Assembly: GCA_963575745.1 (NCBI GenBank)
Contig: CAUYUJ010000004.1
Location: forward strand, 186,001-250,000
Direction: 5' to 3'
Origin: Prorocentrum cordatum
Taxonomy: Eukaryota
DNA length: 64,000 nt
Part shown: piece after piece, positions 1-14,382 of the stretch
Position numbering within the stretch: position 1 is the first letter of the stretch
Layout of the letters: each line of letters begins with the position of its first letter
Notes under the pieces: model-generated
What the model was told of the DNA's origin: nothing
Seen by the model: only the letters and a program-made list of their open reading frames with translations
Database searches by the model: none
Translations under genes and position numbers: made by a program

Positions 1-1350
<1,350 letters not shown>

Positions 1351-2337
1351 CTGAAGAGGACGGCGAGGAGACAGGATGCGGGAGACAGGATGCGGGAGGC
1401 AGGACGAGTCCCCCAATGAACTCTCCCCCCAACTGCCCCGCCTGCTCCTTGTATGCCCCTTTCTCCTCGCTGCCCGTCCCCTGCCAGCCTCCCTTGGGAT
1501 AACGCAGCGTGCTGATCCTCGTCGCCGTCGCCACATCTGCCCCCGCTTTCTTCCCGCGCCGCTGCCAACCCCCCAAGGATCCGCGGGGCCCACGTGCGCA
1601 TCGCGTCGGACCCAGAGCTGGGGCATGCCGGGTGTGCGAACCATCGCGGCCCAGAGTACTTCGACCTGCTCGACCTCCCCTTTTTCCTATTGTTGCTGCT
1701 TGTCTTCGTCGCCGTCGTCGTCGTCGTCCCCCTCCCTTCTCCCTCTCTCTCCCTCCCTCTCCCTCCCTCCATATTCTCTCTTAGGCTCCGGCCCGTGTCG
1801 TGGCCGGCAGATCTTCGGCTGCGCAGGGCGGCAGCCACGCGCCGCCGCGCCACGGCCGGAGTTCCCCGCAGAGGGGGTCCTGCGCCATGGCGGCCTGCCG
1901 GTGTCGCTGGGCATCCACACCGTGCTGCCGTTCGTCTGTGTCTCTGGCTGCGCCGCAGGCGTGCAACTGCTTCGCGTGCGTATCGCTGCCAGAACTGCAG
2001 CCGCACTGGTTCCTGCGGGCCCACGGCTACCACCACACTGGACTGCTACAAGGCTCTGGGCTTCAACACGGGGCTGCTGTTCCTCTGCGCTCGCCGCTGG
2101 CGCACCTGCGTGCGCTGCTTGGGTTGCCGCCACCGCTGCCCCCATGTTGGGCAGCTGCGGGCATTCGCAGAGCCCTGCCGATCGTCCACGACCCCAGCTG
2201 GCCCGCAGGAGGGCAGACGATGGCAGGCGGTTTGAGCTGTAGCCTGCGTCTGGTCTCAGTCGTGTTGCCTCATCCCTCTTCTCCCCTTGTCTCCTTTAGA
2301 TGACATTTCAGACAGGTGGTCAACATTCGCACTCCTC

Positions 2338-2672
2338 CCTATGGGGCCCGCAGATCATGTTACTATTCCGAGCGAGTCATCGGAACCTTGTAACTGTCGT
2401 CACTTTTGGGCTCTTGAGGCCTGACTATGGGGGAAGTATCAGGCGGGAGCCTCGTCTGTGAGTGACCTGCGAGGAAGTCTCAGGCGGGAGCCCCCACCCT
2501 ATGGGGTCCGCAGATCATGTTATCAATCCGAGCGGGTCATCGGAACCTTGTAATTGTCGTCACTTTTGGGCTTTTGAGGCGTGAATATGGGAAAAGTATT
2601 AGGCGGAAGCCTCGTCTGTGAGTGAATTGCGAGGAAGCCTCAGGCGGCAGCCGCAGATCACGTTATTAATCC
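2338..2672. repeat. Tandem ~160-bp repeat, 2 copies plus a partial third
   Basis: cctatgggg(c/t)ccgcagatcatgtta...cggaaccttgtaa...tcaggcgg starts at 2338 and 2498; a partial ccgcagatcacgtta starts at 2651. Confidence 0.9.
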
Positions 2673-3295
2673 CTTGGCGCCCGGGCCCCGGGTGGTAACC
2701 CATCCGCGAGCGAATCGGGAGGGGGTGGTAACCCATCCGCGGCCGAATCGGGCGCAGGGGGGGAACCCTTGGCGTCCGGAGAGGGGATCTGCCGAGGCCC
2801 CCGCTCCAGCCGCGGGGAGGGGACCTGCGAAGGATCCCTCTACTGCTCTCGCTCGGCAGGAGAGGGGATCTGCCGAGGCCCCCGCTCCAGCCGCGGGGGA
2901 GGGGGCCTGCGAAGGCCCCCTCTCCCGCGTTCGTTTCGTCGGAGAGGGAACCTGCAGGGGCTCCCGCTCTGGCCGCGAGAGGGGGCCTGCAGAGGCCCCC
3001 TCTCCTCCCGGCGCTCGGTTGGAGAGGGAACTTGCAGAGACTCCCGCTCCAGGTCCCCCCCCCCTGCGTGGTGCAGCGTTCCGATCTGTTCGGTGTTTCT
3101 TGGAAGCCCCGCCAGAGGTCAGGCATCTGGACGCTGGCACAGCGCGCTGCAGTGGGGCGCCAGACAAAGCTCAGGAGGGGGAAAACAACACAGACACAAC
3201 CAATCATCGACCCCCAGGAGAATAGGGGAAAATATGGGAGGTGGGGGTGGAGACGCAAGCCCAGAAAATACGGGAAACTAGTGGGAATCCTGTTA

Positions 3296-3349
<54 letters not shown>

Positions 3350-4405
3350 TTTGTGTGTCCCAGGGCCCCTTCAAAAGCAGCGGAGCGCGGCAGAGAGCAG
3401 CGGAGATCGCCAGAGCAGCGGAGAGCAGCAGAGAGCAGCAGGGACCAGCAGGGAGCAGCAGCGCAGACTGGGGGGCGGAACTCAGGAGGGGAAAAAACAC
3501 ACAGGCACAGTTAGTCGTCGATTTCCCAGGAAAGTAGGGGAAAATATGGGAAGTGGGGAGGGGGGAAGACAAAAGCCCAGAAAATACGGGAAAATATGGG
3601 GAGTCCTGTTAGTTGTGTCTATTTATGTGTGCGTCCCGGGGCCCCTTCAAGAACAAACAAGTCAGGAGGGTGAGGGGGGTCAGCGTAGGGAGCGGGAGGG
3701 GAGCCTGCGCTAGGGCGAGAAGGAGAATGGCGCAGAGGAGACATTGATGACACCTTAACAACAATCACGAGGACGACTAGGGGTGCTATTACCGGATGCG
3801 CCGATCGGATTCTCATGTGGGGCCCTACCGTCGGAGTATTCGCCGCTCGAAGCAGGCCCCGAGCGACTTAGAGTAGCATCGATGCAAATGCCTTTGCGTG
3901 TGGTATGCGGCGCTTTCTTTCTCTCCCTCTCTTTTTTTGTTTTCTCTCTCTCTCTCTCTTTCCGTTTGGAGCCTGATCCCGCGCGAACCACTGTGGGCGG
4001 TTTGAAGCGCTGTCTCTGTCAGAATGGGTACCTCCTTTCTCCTTTCTGCGCTTCCTTGATGAGCGAAGATTTCCGTCGCCCACTCTCCTCGACTCCCGTG
4101 GGGGGCCAGTCCCTGGACCAACCCTGGCGGCAAGAGCCCTTCTTTCGCCCAGTGCTGCACCTCACCCCCTCCACTTCGCTTCTTCGCTGCTCTCACCCCC
4201 CCTCTTCTTCATGAGCTAACCAACCAGCGCCCATACTTTTGCGGCTCCCAAATTTCTCGGCTATGGGCGTGTGTTGTCGCATGGGGGTCCTGGCTGGAAC
4301 GGGAACCCCCCCAGGGGCCGCGCCCACACTTGCAGCGCCTTCATCACCTAGCCCTTCCCCGGCTCCTTTTCCCCAGACGTTTGAATGCGCGTTGTTCTTT
4401 CATCC

Positions 4406-4601
4406 GGCGGCGAGCGAGGGGGGAAAGTGAGAAGGGGCGGGCCTGCTCAGAAAGCTCGGAAATCACCTGGCCTGCTGCGGGACATGTTTTAAGGCTTCCT
4501 CGAAGACAGAGAACTTTTCAGAAGGCGCGAGGGCTTCTGAGAAGTCCCGCCGCCTTCTGAGAAGGCCTTCGCCTTCTCACTTCCCCCCATTGCTCGCCGC
4601 C
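4406..4601. mobile_element. MITE-like element with ~45-bp imperfect terminal inverted repeats
   Basis: Left end ggcggcgagcgaggggggaaagtgagaaggggcgggcctgctcagaaag is the reverse complement, with mismatches, of right end cttctgagaaggccttcgccttctcacttccccccattgctcgccgcc. Confidence 0.65.
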
Positions 4602-5636
4602 TACGGACTCATATGCATATCCACCGCGCCTCGGATTTCTGGACTCCCTTCCTTAGGATCCCGAGGCGCAGTGGACGTGGATGAGAATATTGCCTCTAGC
4701 GAGGCCAGATTCTTCCCCATTTCCACCGCGTCTCGGGTTCTTGGGATCCCTTCCCAGAAAATCCAATGAGCCGTGACGCCGTGGATGTGGATATATCTCT
4801 TGCCCGTAGCTGAAGCACAGTGTCGTTGTGCGCTCCAGGTGCGCCTTTCTGTTCTGGGCAGTCTGTCCGTGGTGAGGACCCAAGGACATCTCGAGCTAGC
4901 TCGCGCACTTTCGCCGCCTCTTGCGCGTTGGTGTCGATGACTAGGGCGCTGACCCCATATAACATCGTTTAATCATGTAGCCTGAATCCACAACGTGTCT
5001 ATCCTCCCCACTCCTTCCTCCTCCTCCTCCTCCTCCTCCTCCTCTTCCTCCTCCCTTTATCCCTCCTCCCTCCCTCCCTCCTCCCTCCTCTTCGTCCCCC
5101 TCTTTTTCCCCCCCTTTCTTCTTTCCTCCTCCCTCTCTTCTACCCTCCTCCCCTTCCCTTCCCTCACCACCCACCGAACCACCCCAACCCAACCCGAAGG
5201 CCCAGATGTACCTTCGATTTCCAGTTGGGGGGGGTCGGGGAACATTGAAAAAACAAGTGGAACCCGTACCCGCCCAACCCGAAATTTGGGTCTTCGAGTT
5301 AGGTTGGGGTGGTCTGGTAGGTAGTCATTCCCCGCCTCTCAGCCAGCACCGCGGGTACGTTTTTGGGACTCTTGTCTTTTTCCATGCGTGGGAATGCCCG
5401 GGAGTGGCGAGTGAGATGGCAGGGACTCGGTGCAGAGGAGCAGCAGCAGCAGCAGCACACGACGGACAATCCGGAGGGAGAGCCAAGCAGCTCGAATTGG
5501 GGACGGCAGAAGCGGAGCGAGGGGTCACGATCTTCCCCTATCAGAGCTTGCCTCCGTAGGGGTCCTAGCGGATTCATGTGCTTAGGTGAGGTTTGTCACC
5601 GATTTCCGCGGCCCGCCCGGGTGCCCGGGTGCCTCA

Positions 5637-6343
5637 TAGCCCTACAGCCCTGTAGCCCCATAACCCTGTAGCCCTATAGCCCTATCGCCTGATAGCCTTA
5701 TAGCCCCATAGCCCAACAGCCCTATAGCTCTATGACCCTATAGCCCAATAGCCCTATAGCCTTATAGCCTTATAGTCCTATAGCCCTACCGCCCTAGAGG
5801 CCTATAGCCCTACAGCCCAATAGCCCTATAGCCCTATAGCCCTTTAGCCCTATAGCCATACAGCCCTATAGCTCTATAGCTCTATAGCCCTATAGCCCTA
5901 TAGCCGCATAGCGCCCGCTAACCCTATAACCCTATAGCCCAATAGTCCTTTAGCCCTATAGCCTTATAGGCCTATATCTCGATAGCCCTACAGCCTGATA
6001 GCCCTATAACCCTGTAGCCCTATAGCCCTATAGGTCTATATGCCTATAGCACTATAGCCCTATATCCCCATAGCTCTATATCCCCATAGCCCCGTAGCCC
6101 TATGGTCCTACAGCCCTATAGCCCCATAGCCCTGTAGACTCATAGCCCTATGGCCCTATAGCTCTATAGCCCCAGAGCCCCAGAGCCCCATAGCTCTATA
6201 GCCCTGCAGCCCTATAGCCGTATAGCCTTATAACCCCATAGACCTTTAGCCCAATGGCCCTATAACCCTATAGCCCCATAGCCCTATAGCTTTATAACCC
6301 CATCGCCATATAGCTCAATAGCCCCATAGCCCTATAGCCCTAC
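5637..6343. repeat. 8-bp satellite (TAGCCCTA)n, degenerate
   Basis: About 700 bp of tagcccta variants in tandem. Confidence 0.97.
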
Positions 6344-6849
6344 AAAGACTTTGATCGGGGTGTTTCTCCGGTCTCATACGTTTCCCTGTCCTTGCATGAT
6401 TTGGGAGGGGCCAGGACAAGGATAAATCCTATCTAGAGCGTTCAAGTACGCTCTCAGATCGTTCAGGAACGCGCTGAGAAGGCCGCGATGCCCGATACAT
6501 CCTCTAGAGCCGCCAGATCTCAGAGATTCTTGATTTCTCCTCACCCGATTTTGTCCTCGTCCTGGCTTCGTCTTACGTTTCCCTCCCTGTCCCAGGCATG
6601 CCTGCGCCAGAGGGCGACAAAGGACAGCATGGGCGGGCACCGAACATCATCCGCTGCTGCTGTCTCTTCTCCTGCTCCCTCCAGTATTCCCGAAGCCGAT
6701 GCAGCTTTCGTGCATCTCATGCTTTCGTTTTGGTTTCTGCTCATCGGATGTGGCTTTCATGTTCTTCTGTACTCAATGGCCTTCGGCCCATCCCGACACC
6801 ATGCTTGGGTTGTGGGTATAAAGCCTATTGGATGTTCGTTGGGATCTCG

Positions 6850-7240
6850 TGCCAGGCCTCTCGGGGTCTCTTGGAGGCAGTTTTGATACCTCATCGAGGC
6901 GGTTTCGGGCCCTCTTGGGACCTCCTTTGGGCCTCTTGGAGCTTCTTGGGCGCCTCTTGGGGACCTCTTGGGGCCTCTTGGGCGCCTGTTGGGGCCTTCT
7001 GGGGGTTCCTTGGGGCCCTCAGAGGTTTACTCGGCGTCATGGGGGGTTCCAAACGAAGTTCCTGAGGGCTCTTGTGTAGTTCTGGGGGGCGCAGAGGGGT
7101 TCTCAGGGGTCCTGGGGGGGTTTTGCGGGGTCCCGCTCGGTTCATGGGGGTCGTAGGAGGACCTGGGGTGCGCTGGGGGTTCCTGGGATGGTTTTGTGGT
7201 GTTTTGCTGAACCTTACTGGGTCCTGGGGGTCCTGGTGTC
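6850..7240. repeat. Low-complexity (CCTCYTGGGG)-type dispersed repeat
   Basis: Repeated ctcttggg/cctggggg motifs. Related tracts lie at ~18790-19040, 23300-23900, 25610-26170 and 62350-62670. Confidence 0.7.
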
Positions 7241-8499
7241 CTTCTCCGTCGTCGTCGTCGTCGTCATTTTCCTCCTCCTCATCCTCCTTCTCCACCGTTT
7301 CGTTCCTCGTATTCGTCCTTCTCCATCTCTTCCTCATCCTCGTGCTTGTCTTCGTACAGTGGAGACTCATGCCAAGAAACACCCTGCTTGCCTCCAGGGT
7401 GCCCTGGGTTTCTTGGGTTTCGATTGTTTTGATATGGGAAGCGTAACGTTCGCACACCAAGACACAATGGACGTCCTGGGGTCTCAGGGTTGGGTTTCTT
7501 GTGGAAGGTTTCTTGTGGACTAGCCTCCACTGCACTCGTTGTCGTCCTGCTCCCTTCGCTGCCATCCCTGTCATCCACGCTGTCATCCTCGTCATCCGCT
7601 GTCTTGTCGTCGCCATCATCCTTTTTTCTCCCCCTGCAAGCCCACTGGACGACATCGGCGCTTCCCGATCTTGTCCCATCAGGTTTTTCAGGGAGCCCAT
7701 GCAGCCATACTATTAGTGGATGCGTTGGCCGCAGTCGATCCTCCAGTCTTGGGGACGTTGCTTTTTGCACACGCATTGGTCTTGTTGTGGATGCGGTGCC
7801 AGGAGGAGTGGACCGCCACCGATCAGCAGTGCATGTAGTTCTTTCTCGAGTTGTGACCGCTATTCCCTGCAGCTGGTGCAGCATGTCCGGTGTCTGTTGC
7901 TGAAACGCAGTGCCCCCAGCGGCCCTGGCCTCACGGACCGCTCCTATCATGGTGACGCCCTTGAGTTTCCAGACATTGCTAGCACCGTCTACCGCCCAGA
8001 AGTCCTGGGACGACCCCAGAGATTTGCATCTCAAGCGCTTCTAGGTTCGCCGAGGTCCATCGGACTCGCGTGACGGTGGCGGAATCCGCCACCGCTGCAC
8101 CGCAGTCCCCTATCCGCACTGCCCCGATCTCCACCCCTGCCGCGACGCGCAGTATATGAGGATAGTGCCGCGCCGTGGACAACACGCAGATGCATATTGC
8201 CAAGCTAATCTAGTTCCTTCGGGGTTTCAGATCCACATGGTTGCAGGAAGGCTTCAAGGCTCCAGTGCTGCCCAAGAGTGTTACAATCGTCACTCAAAAC
8301 TGCCCAGAGGGGGCCCCGAGCGAACCCCAAGGCAACCCGAGCGGATCGGCGGAGTCCAGGCCGCCTCGTAAGAGTGCCGCGCAGACGCCAAAGCGGCCCC
8401 GCACGGCTCAACGGGGCCCAAGCGGCCCACAGGGGACCACCGAAAGTGATGGGCCGATTTTCCACCACCGCTACTACAGGTAGGAGGGGGAGGAGGTGC

Positions 8500-11400
8500 T
8501 GGTGGCTGGCCATGATGACAAGTTAGAAGAAGTCCTCGTCGGAGGCCTCCGAGACATGGTCGGGGCCCCCGCCGCCGCCCGACTGGCCGAGTTCCTGGGC
8601 TCGTCCCAAGTCGGCGGCGCGCAGCCCAAAGGCCGACAGGACCGATGCCTGCGAGGGCAGGACGAAGGACCCTCCCGCGGCAGCCCCGCCCGAGGCGGGG
8701 CCCGAGTCTGCGGAGGGCAGCTGCAGCGAGCTCTCGAGCTCAGCCCTCTCATCAGCTCCCAGAGACACTGGCTGGCTGAGCACGAGGGCCTGTGAGGCGC
8801 GCCGATAGTGGGGGGGCTTCCCCCGCTTGCTGCGCCTCAGCAGGGACCTGACCTTATGGTCCGCTGGCTTCCGCTCACACCGCGACAGCGAGGTGTAGCC
8901 CCGCACCTAAAACAAAACGACATCTTGCCCGAATCCGCGGACGGCCCCTCGACGTGGCATTTGAGCAAGCCATGCCCGCGGAAGTAACAGGCATTCAGGG
9001 CCTCGTCGGCCCACAGGTCACCGTCGCAGTCCAACCCGCCCACCTCCACGACGACATCAGACGACGGCCCACCCTCTCCATCGCTCTCGGGGGGGGGGGG
9101 GGGGGGGGGGCGGCAGCTCCGAGGGACCGTGCTCCTCGGCGGCCACACCTACCGTGTCGCCCCTGCCGCCCTGCTGGGCGAGCCAGACCTCAAGTCTGCC
9201 CGCCCACCTCCCCTGTCCTTGACAAAGGGCCTTGCACCCTCTGGTCAAGCTGGCGTGCTCTTCCGTGACTCCATGCACACATGCTCCTGCTTTAGCATGG
9301 GGGCCCGCGGCCTGGTTGGCCCGAAGCTCCCACCAGGTCGTCTTACCAGACTCCACGTTGGCATTGCCCGCGTGGGCCAAAGTTTTGAACGTTTCAAAAT
9401 CCTCATGAGAAAAAGCAGCCCGAAAAGGCGCCCACATGTGTCCTCTTGGGGCCCAGGCCTCGGTCCCCGTGCCTGGGCCCCCGCAGAGAACATTGAACGT
9501 CGATTGACAATCTAGATGAAATTGGAATGGCACCCTCCCTACATGCGCCAGCATGTGGATCGCTAAATCTGCGCCATCCTTGGCTGTCTGGCGGGGGCCG
9601 AAGGACAGGGGCACAGGGCCATGCGCTGCGTGCAACGCATTGCCAAGCTTGTCCACTTGCACTAGCGTCCAGCCCGCCCGACTGACTCCTTCGATCGACG
9701 GCCACATGGGCGAGCCGTCGCTGAAGATACATCCCGTAAGGAAACCGCACGCAGGTCTGTCCACCCACTTGACAGCTTCATCGGGGTCTCCTTGCAAAAC
9801 GCTCCCCCGCCTCGACCCCTTGCTCAAGGGCTCTGGCAGCGCGCTCCCTCAGCCACGGCGAGACTCCATCCCTCCCGAGGCCTTCGTGCGCCACGCACTC
9901 ATGCTGCTTATGCCAAAGCGTGCCACAACCTGCCTGGCGCAACCGACACACAGGCGACGCGTGCAGCCCATGTCCGTGTACCCTAGCTTGCGGCCAATGC
10001 ACGTCACAAAGCAGGGCCCTGAGGGCGCGCTGGTGGTGGCTGGACCAATGCTTTCTTTTGCTGCGGAGGAGCTGGCGCAGCCCCCGCCGGAAAACAGGCC
10101 ATGGTGGCCGCGGGGGCCCGCTCCCACGCCGACCTGAAGTGTCCAAGGCAAAACGGCCCGACTCCCTGATGGCCCCGTCCTGCACTAGCTCTCTAAGTTC
10201 CGACGGCGAGAGCTAGCGTAGGTTCAACGCGTGCCCGAAATCGTCCATCACGCGCGTGCTAGACAGAAACCTCCAGTCTATCCTGGACACGGCGGGGCAA
10301 CCTACCTCCGCTGGCGGCGAGGCGGCCCCCCCCCACGGGTGATGGAAACGCTCCAGTTTATCAAGGGCCGCGCCCATGGTCGCACCTAACACCGTCGGGG
10401 AGGGGAAGCTGTCATACACGGCAGAGGCCCGCTGATGCATTGCGCGCCCCGTATAGGCAGCCAGTGGGTCCGCCAATGCCCCTAGCCTGCGCGAGTGGAG
10501 CTTGAGCCCAAGACTGGAACCTTTCGGGGCCCCCCTGTGATGCGGGCAGCCGAGATGCGTGGGCCATGCGTGGCCGATGGGGGGGCCCAGTGGCACTGCC
10601 TCCCCAGGGCGCTGCCGCAATAGTCCCAACCCTTTGGACGAGGCCTACATCGGCACCCGCGTTCTGCAAGATCTGCAACCGCTGGCCCCTCGATTTGGCA
10701 GCGACGAGCTTACTCCTGGCCGTGCCGACTCAGCGACAGGACCCCGAGGGCGCGTCCGTGCCGAGATTCCGAGCCGAGTCCACTCTGGACGAGGACGGGG
10801 TCCTCAATCGATCCTTGAGAAGACTAGACACCTCCAGGCTGCACATATATTTGGTCTTGCTCATTGCAGCTGGAAGGCTGCGACGATCGAAATTCGTCAG
10901 CAGCGGCTCAGCCCCTTCGCCGAGAACTTGGGCCACCTGCTCCTTCCTTCTACAAACCTGCAGCGCAACATCAGCCATGACGTTCCTAACCATCCACTGC
11001 GATCTCCCCTGCTTTGCCTGCAGCATCGGGTCCAAGGGGGGCAGCTTCGCAAGGCGCGTCGCTCCGCTACAACCTGCAATCACAGACCCGCTGGCGTGCG
11101 CCACTCGCGACGCAGCACCCCCGCGTAGAAGCGTGCGGGGACAGGCGTATATCGTGCACAGACAGCGAAAAAACACACGGGAAGTTGAACCTCGGCGCCG
11201 CCTCGTACAGGTGTTCGCGGCCTATGTGCTCGTAAACTTGGAAAGGTCAACAGGGCGGAGGCCGACCCGAACCCGACCCCTTTCGAGAAACTCCCATGTA
11301 GAATATGGACCCGCCTTGCACGCTCACATGTAGCGGTTTTGTTGACCCCTCAGAAGACGTCCTCCATGTGGTCACGCTCCAACGCTTGAACATGGACTGC

Positions 11401-14025
11401 CTCGCCCTGGGCCAAACCTTGGTATGAAAAAGGGTCAGCAAGCCGATGGGGCGCACGCCTCCGTCGGCCTTGTCGGTAAGAACGGCATTCGTTACGAAGA
11501 CGAAGAGAAACAATTCCTGTGGAGACTCTTCAAGCCTGTGCAGAATGTCGATCAAACGTATAGCGCACCCATCGCCAAGCTCTAGCACCCGCCGAGGATG
11601 AGACCCATCCCACCCCAATCCGAACTTCCTGCTATACCTCTTGCATACCTGCATTCTAATCTCGGGAGGTATAGCTGGCAACGCAGCCTCTTCGCGGGGC
11701 ACAGACCAGGTCGCTGGATGTTGGGCTCCCTGGCCCGCTACGTTCCATAGCGGCGTCCAGACCTCCAGTAGGTAGCCGAACGCTTCCTGCACGCAAACCG
11801 GCTTCCCTGCCGCGTCTAGCAAGGACGTTGGGGCTCGCCAGCGAACGTTTCGAGCAATCGTGGGCCGCCTTCCCTCCGCCTTAAGTTGACTCCACCGCCC
11901 GCGGCCCCCGCTCCGCCGAGCTGGGCTTGGCGCCCTGTCTTCTCCTCCGCTCCACTTCAAAACTCAGCTCGGGCAAAACCTCCGCCTCCTCCTCGACCTT
12001 CCCATCCACGACATCGTTGGCGAGGAGCACTCGGTCAGTCTTAGTGGGGCCGCTGTCGCCGGAGTCCAGGGCTTCGGTCATGCGCGACAGCTCATCCCTC
12101 CACCCGAGCAAAACATCGGCCTCGGCGGCCAGCTGCTCCTGAAACAGACTGTCTACACCTGGTGACGAGACTCTGAAACGCTGTCCAGGTTGTGGAGGCT
12201 TTGGCAAGCCTCCGCCTTTAGTCCTTATGCCAGAGCGTTCCCAGGGGGACTGTTTGGCGTCCTGGGCCCTCGAGCCCTGCCGGCGCAGCCCTGGGCTTCT
12301 TTGCCGTGCAGCCCGTGGATCTGGGCCAGGCGGTCCTCGGCAGCCCCAAACCATCCATTGCTTGCGCATTTGCTCCAGCGTGACTTCACCGGCTCCCGAC
12401 ATGTTTTTCAGTCCACTGCCACGCAACCCTCTTGGGCTCGGGATGCGGGCCAATAAAACCATGCTCGAACGGGCGCAACTTAACCTGGCGAGGGACCGCG
12501 GCGAGGTGGGAGAGACCTTCTAGCTCCATGTAGACAGAACTGCGCGGTCCAAGCGGGACCTCCGAGAACACTTTGAGGCCCTTGACCCGAGGCGCCAGAC
12601 ATTCTGCCAGGAGGAAGTAGTCCAAGCCTCGCCCTGATCCAGAAATGCCAGTAGGGTCCAAAACCTCAGCCCCCACTGAGCCTTCATCACGCCGTCGGGA
12701 TCTCCTCGGGCCCCAGTGCATGCGGGCTCCCTGGCAGCCACGATCTCACCCCTGACGATCTGCAACCACCCCGACGCCATCAATGCGGACGGCTGGAAAT
12801 TGAAACCGCCCTGGACAATCCAAGGCAGTTGCTGGCTGAGCAGGAGCTCTCCCAGGGTCTCCAAGAGCGCCGCCTCCTCCCCCGACAGCCCACACCCAGT
12901 GGTGCTGTACACCGTGACAACTAGGAGGCCCTGCGGGAGCCCAACGTTGACCACGCGCATGCTTACCCTGTTGGCTGGCAGGTCGATCTACTTTTCAGCG
13001 AACGGCTTGGAAGCTAAGTTGCACTGGACTCCGATGGCAACGCCACCTGAGCTCTCAACACTACTGCTGCCAGTGCTTTTCGCCAGCCCATGAGACAGCT
13101 GCCAGCCATTCCTTGCCCCCCCTTCCCCAAGCTGATGCCGTGGACGCCTTGGAGGCTGTCTTGATGTGAGTCTCCTGGATCATGATCACATCGGGCCTGC
13201 TCGCCAGTCCGCCTCCAGTGGGCGCTTCGTCCATGCGCCATGCCAAGACAGTCTCGGCCGTGCTCCAGGCGTTGGCGTTGATGCACAGGCAGCCCAAGTT
13301 CGTGGCTTTGAACTCATCGACTGGCCCTGAGCATGGCGGCGGACCCTCGACCCTGATCACGCACGCGTGTGCGGCCTCTGCCTCCACGACTGCGATGTGG
13401 TCGCCTGCCTTGGCGGCCTCCTCGAACGAGACGCCGTGCCCCTGCACCCTCGGCGTCGACGGAGACGAGGGCGTCACTGAAGCTCTGGGCCTCCTCGACC
13501 CCGACGGCTCAATCGACGGCGGCGGCCTCCCCGAACCGCTCGTGGCAATCGACGAAGAGGGCCGCCCTGGACTTCTTGCGCCGCGAGCCTCCGCAGACCG
13601 CGTCGAGCTCGAGGACGCAGTGGCCGCCCTTCTCGTCGTTGAGGCTGGCAGCGGCGCGGGGAGGGGGTTGCGACTTTGCAGGGCTGAATCCTGCCGCCCC
13701 TCCCCCAGCGGATGCTGGACTGACCGTGCCCCTCCGAGTGGGGGCCATTCGACAGGGTCCAGCACCCTGCCGCTGCCAGCCTTGCCGCCTCCTCCAGCGC
13801 CGCCTGCCAGCAGCCGCCGCAGCGCTGCATCAGTACCTTGCTGGCCCACCTCCATGGAGCGGTCGCGTGGTTGCCCCCTGGCTTGGGGGCGGGGTCAACG
13901 GGTGCTCCCAGAGCTGCTCCCTGCCCCGCCCGGGCCAACGCGCCGCCCCTCCAGTCCTCAGCGGCCCCGCCCACGCTGCACCGTCACCTGCAGCGGCACG
14001 CTCCCCCAGCCGAGCGCCGACGGGA
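8500..14025 (-). mobile_element. Degenerate LINE (non-LTR retrotransposon): APE endonuclease - RT - RNase H, with many frameshifts and stops
   Basis: Minus-strand motifs occur in canonical order. APE: 'CINANAW...PDVIMIQETH', 'VVTVY...WIVQGGFN', 'LDYFLL' (13300-12600). RT: 'LGWDGSHP', 'KADGGVRPIGLL', 'VIAGCSGAT', 'NVMADV' (11960-10730). RNase H: 'IFSDGS...AGW...HGPVP...LDC...KTLAH...ANQAA' (9827-9250). Boundaries are approximate. Confidence 0.88.
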
Positions 14026-14269
14026 GGGGGAGGAGGAGGAGGAGGAGGAGGAGGAGGAGGAGGAGGAGGAGGAGGAGGAGGAGGAGGAGGACCTCCCCAT
14101 CCTCCCTTCCCCCCCATCCTACGTATGGTAGCGGTGGTGGAAAACTGACCCATCAGAAAGGCCTCCTGAAGTCGCCAAGACGGCCGCGCAATACAGCGGA
14201 GAGAGGTTGGCAACTAGCAGTTGGTTGATGACGTAGTGGGCATGCTCATTAGCTGCAACGAAACACTTC

Positions 14270-14291
14270 TCCGTTGCCATTTTGGCTCCAG
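14270..14291 (+). other. Relic dinoflagellate spliced leader heading the RPS26 retrocopy
   Basis: TCCGTTGCCATTTTGGCTCCAG matches DCCGTAGCCATTTTGGCTCAAG at 20/22 positions and lies 91 nt upstream of the ATG. Confidence 0.92.
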
Positions 14292-14382
14292 GTATATCCA
14301 AGCCTTCCCACCCGGGCCGCCACTGCGAGACTGATCCTAGACAGACAGAGGCGCAGAAAAGGCAGAAGAAGACAGCCCAGGC

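Noticed and set aside
1594..2303. Cys-rich overlapping ORFs
   Set aside because: No recognisable domain. They are open in several frames because of high GC.
2338..2672. Hammerhead ribozyme or retrozyme tandem
   Set aside because: No CUGANGA/GAAA core with proper stems was found on either strand.
4014..4033. Possible minus-strand SL relic (ctgtcagaatgggtac)
   Set aside because: Only about 12 of 17 bases match and no recognisable gene follows.
7279..8320. Minus-strand protein-like fragments (also 4650-4965 and 18200-18760)
   Set aside because: They could be decayed coding sequence, but I recognised no motif.
10501..10517. Minus-strand ccagtcttgggctcaag resembling the SL 3' half
   Set aside because: It lies within LINE ORF2 coding sequence and is only a partial match.
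14008..14024. Possible SL relic at the 5' end of the minus-strand LINE (ccgtcggcgctcggct)
   Set aside because: Too degenerate to distinguish from GC-rich background, although the position is suggestive.
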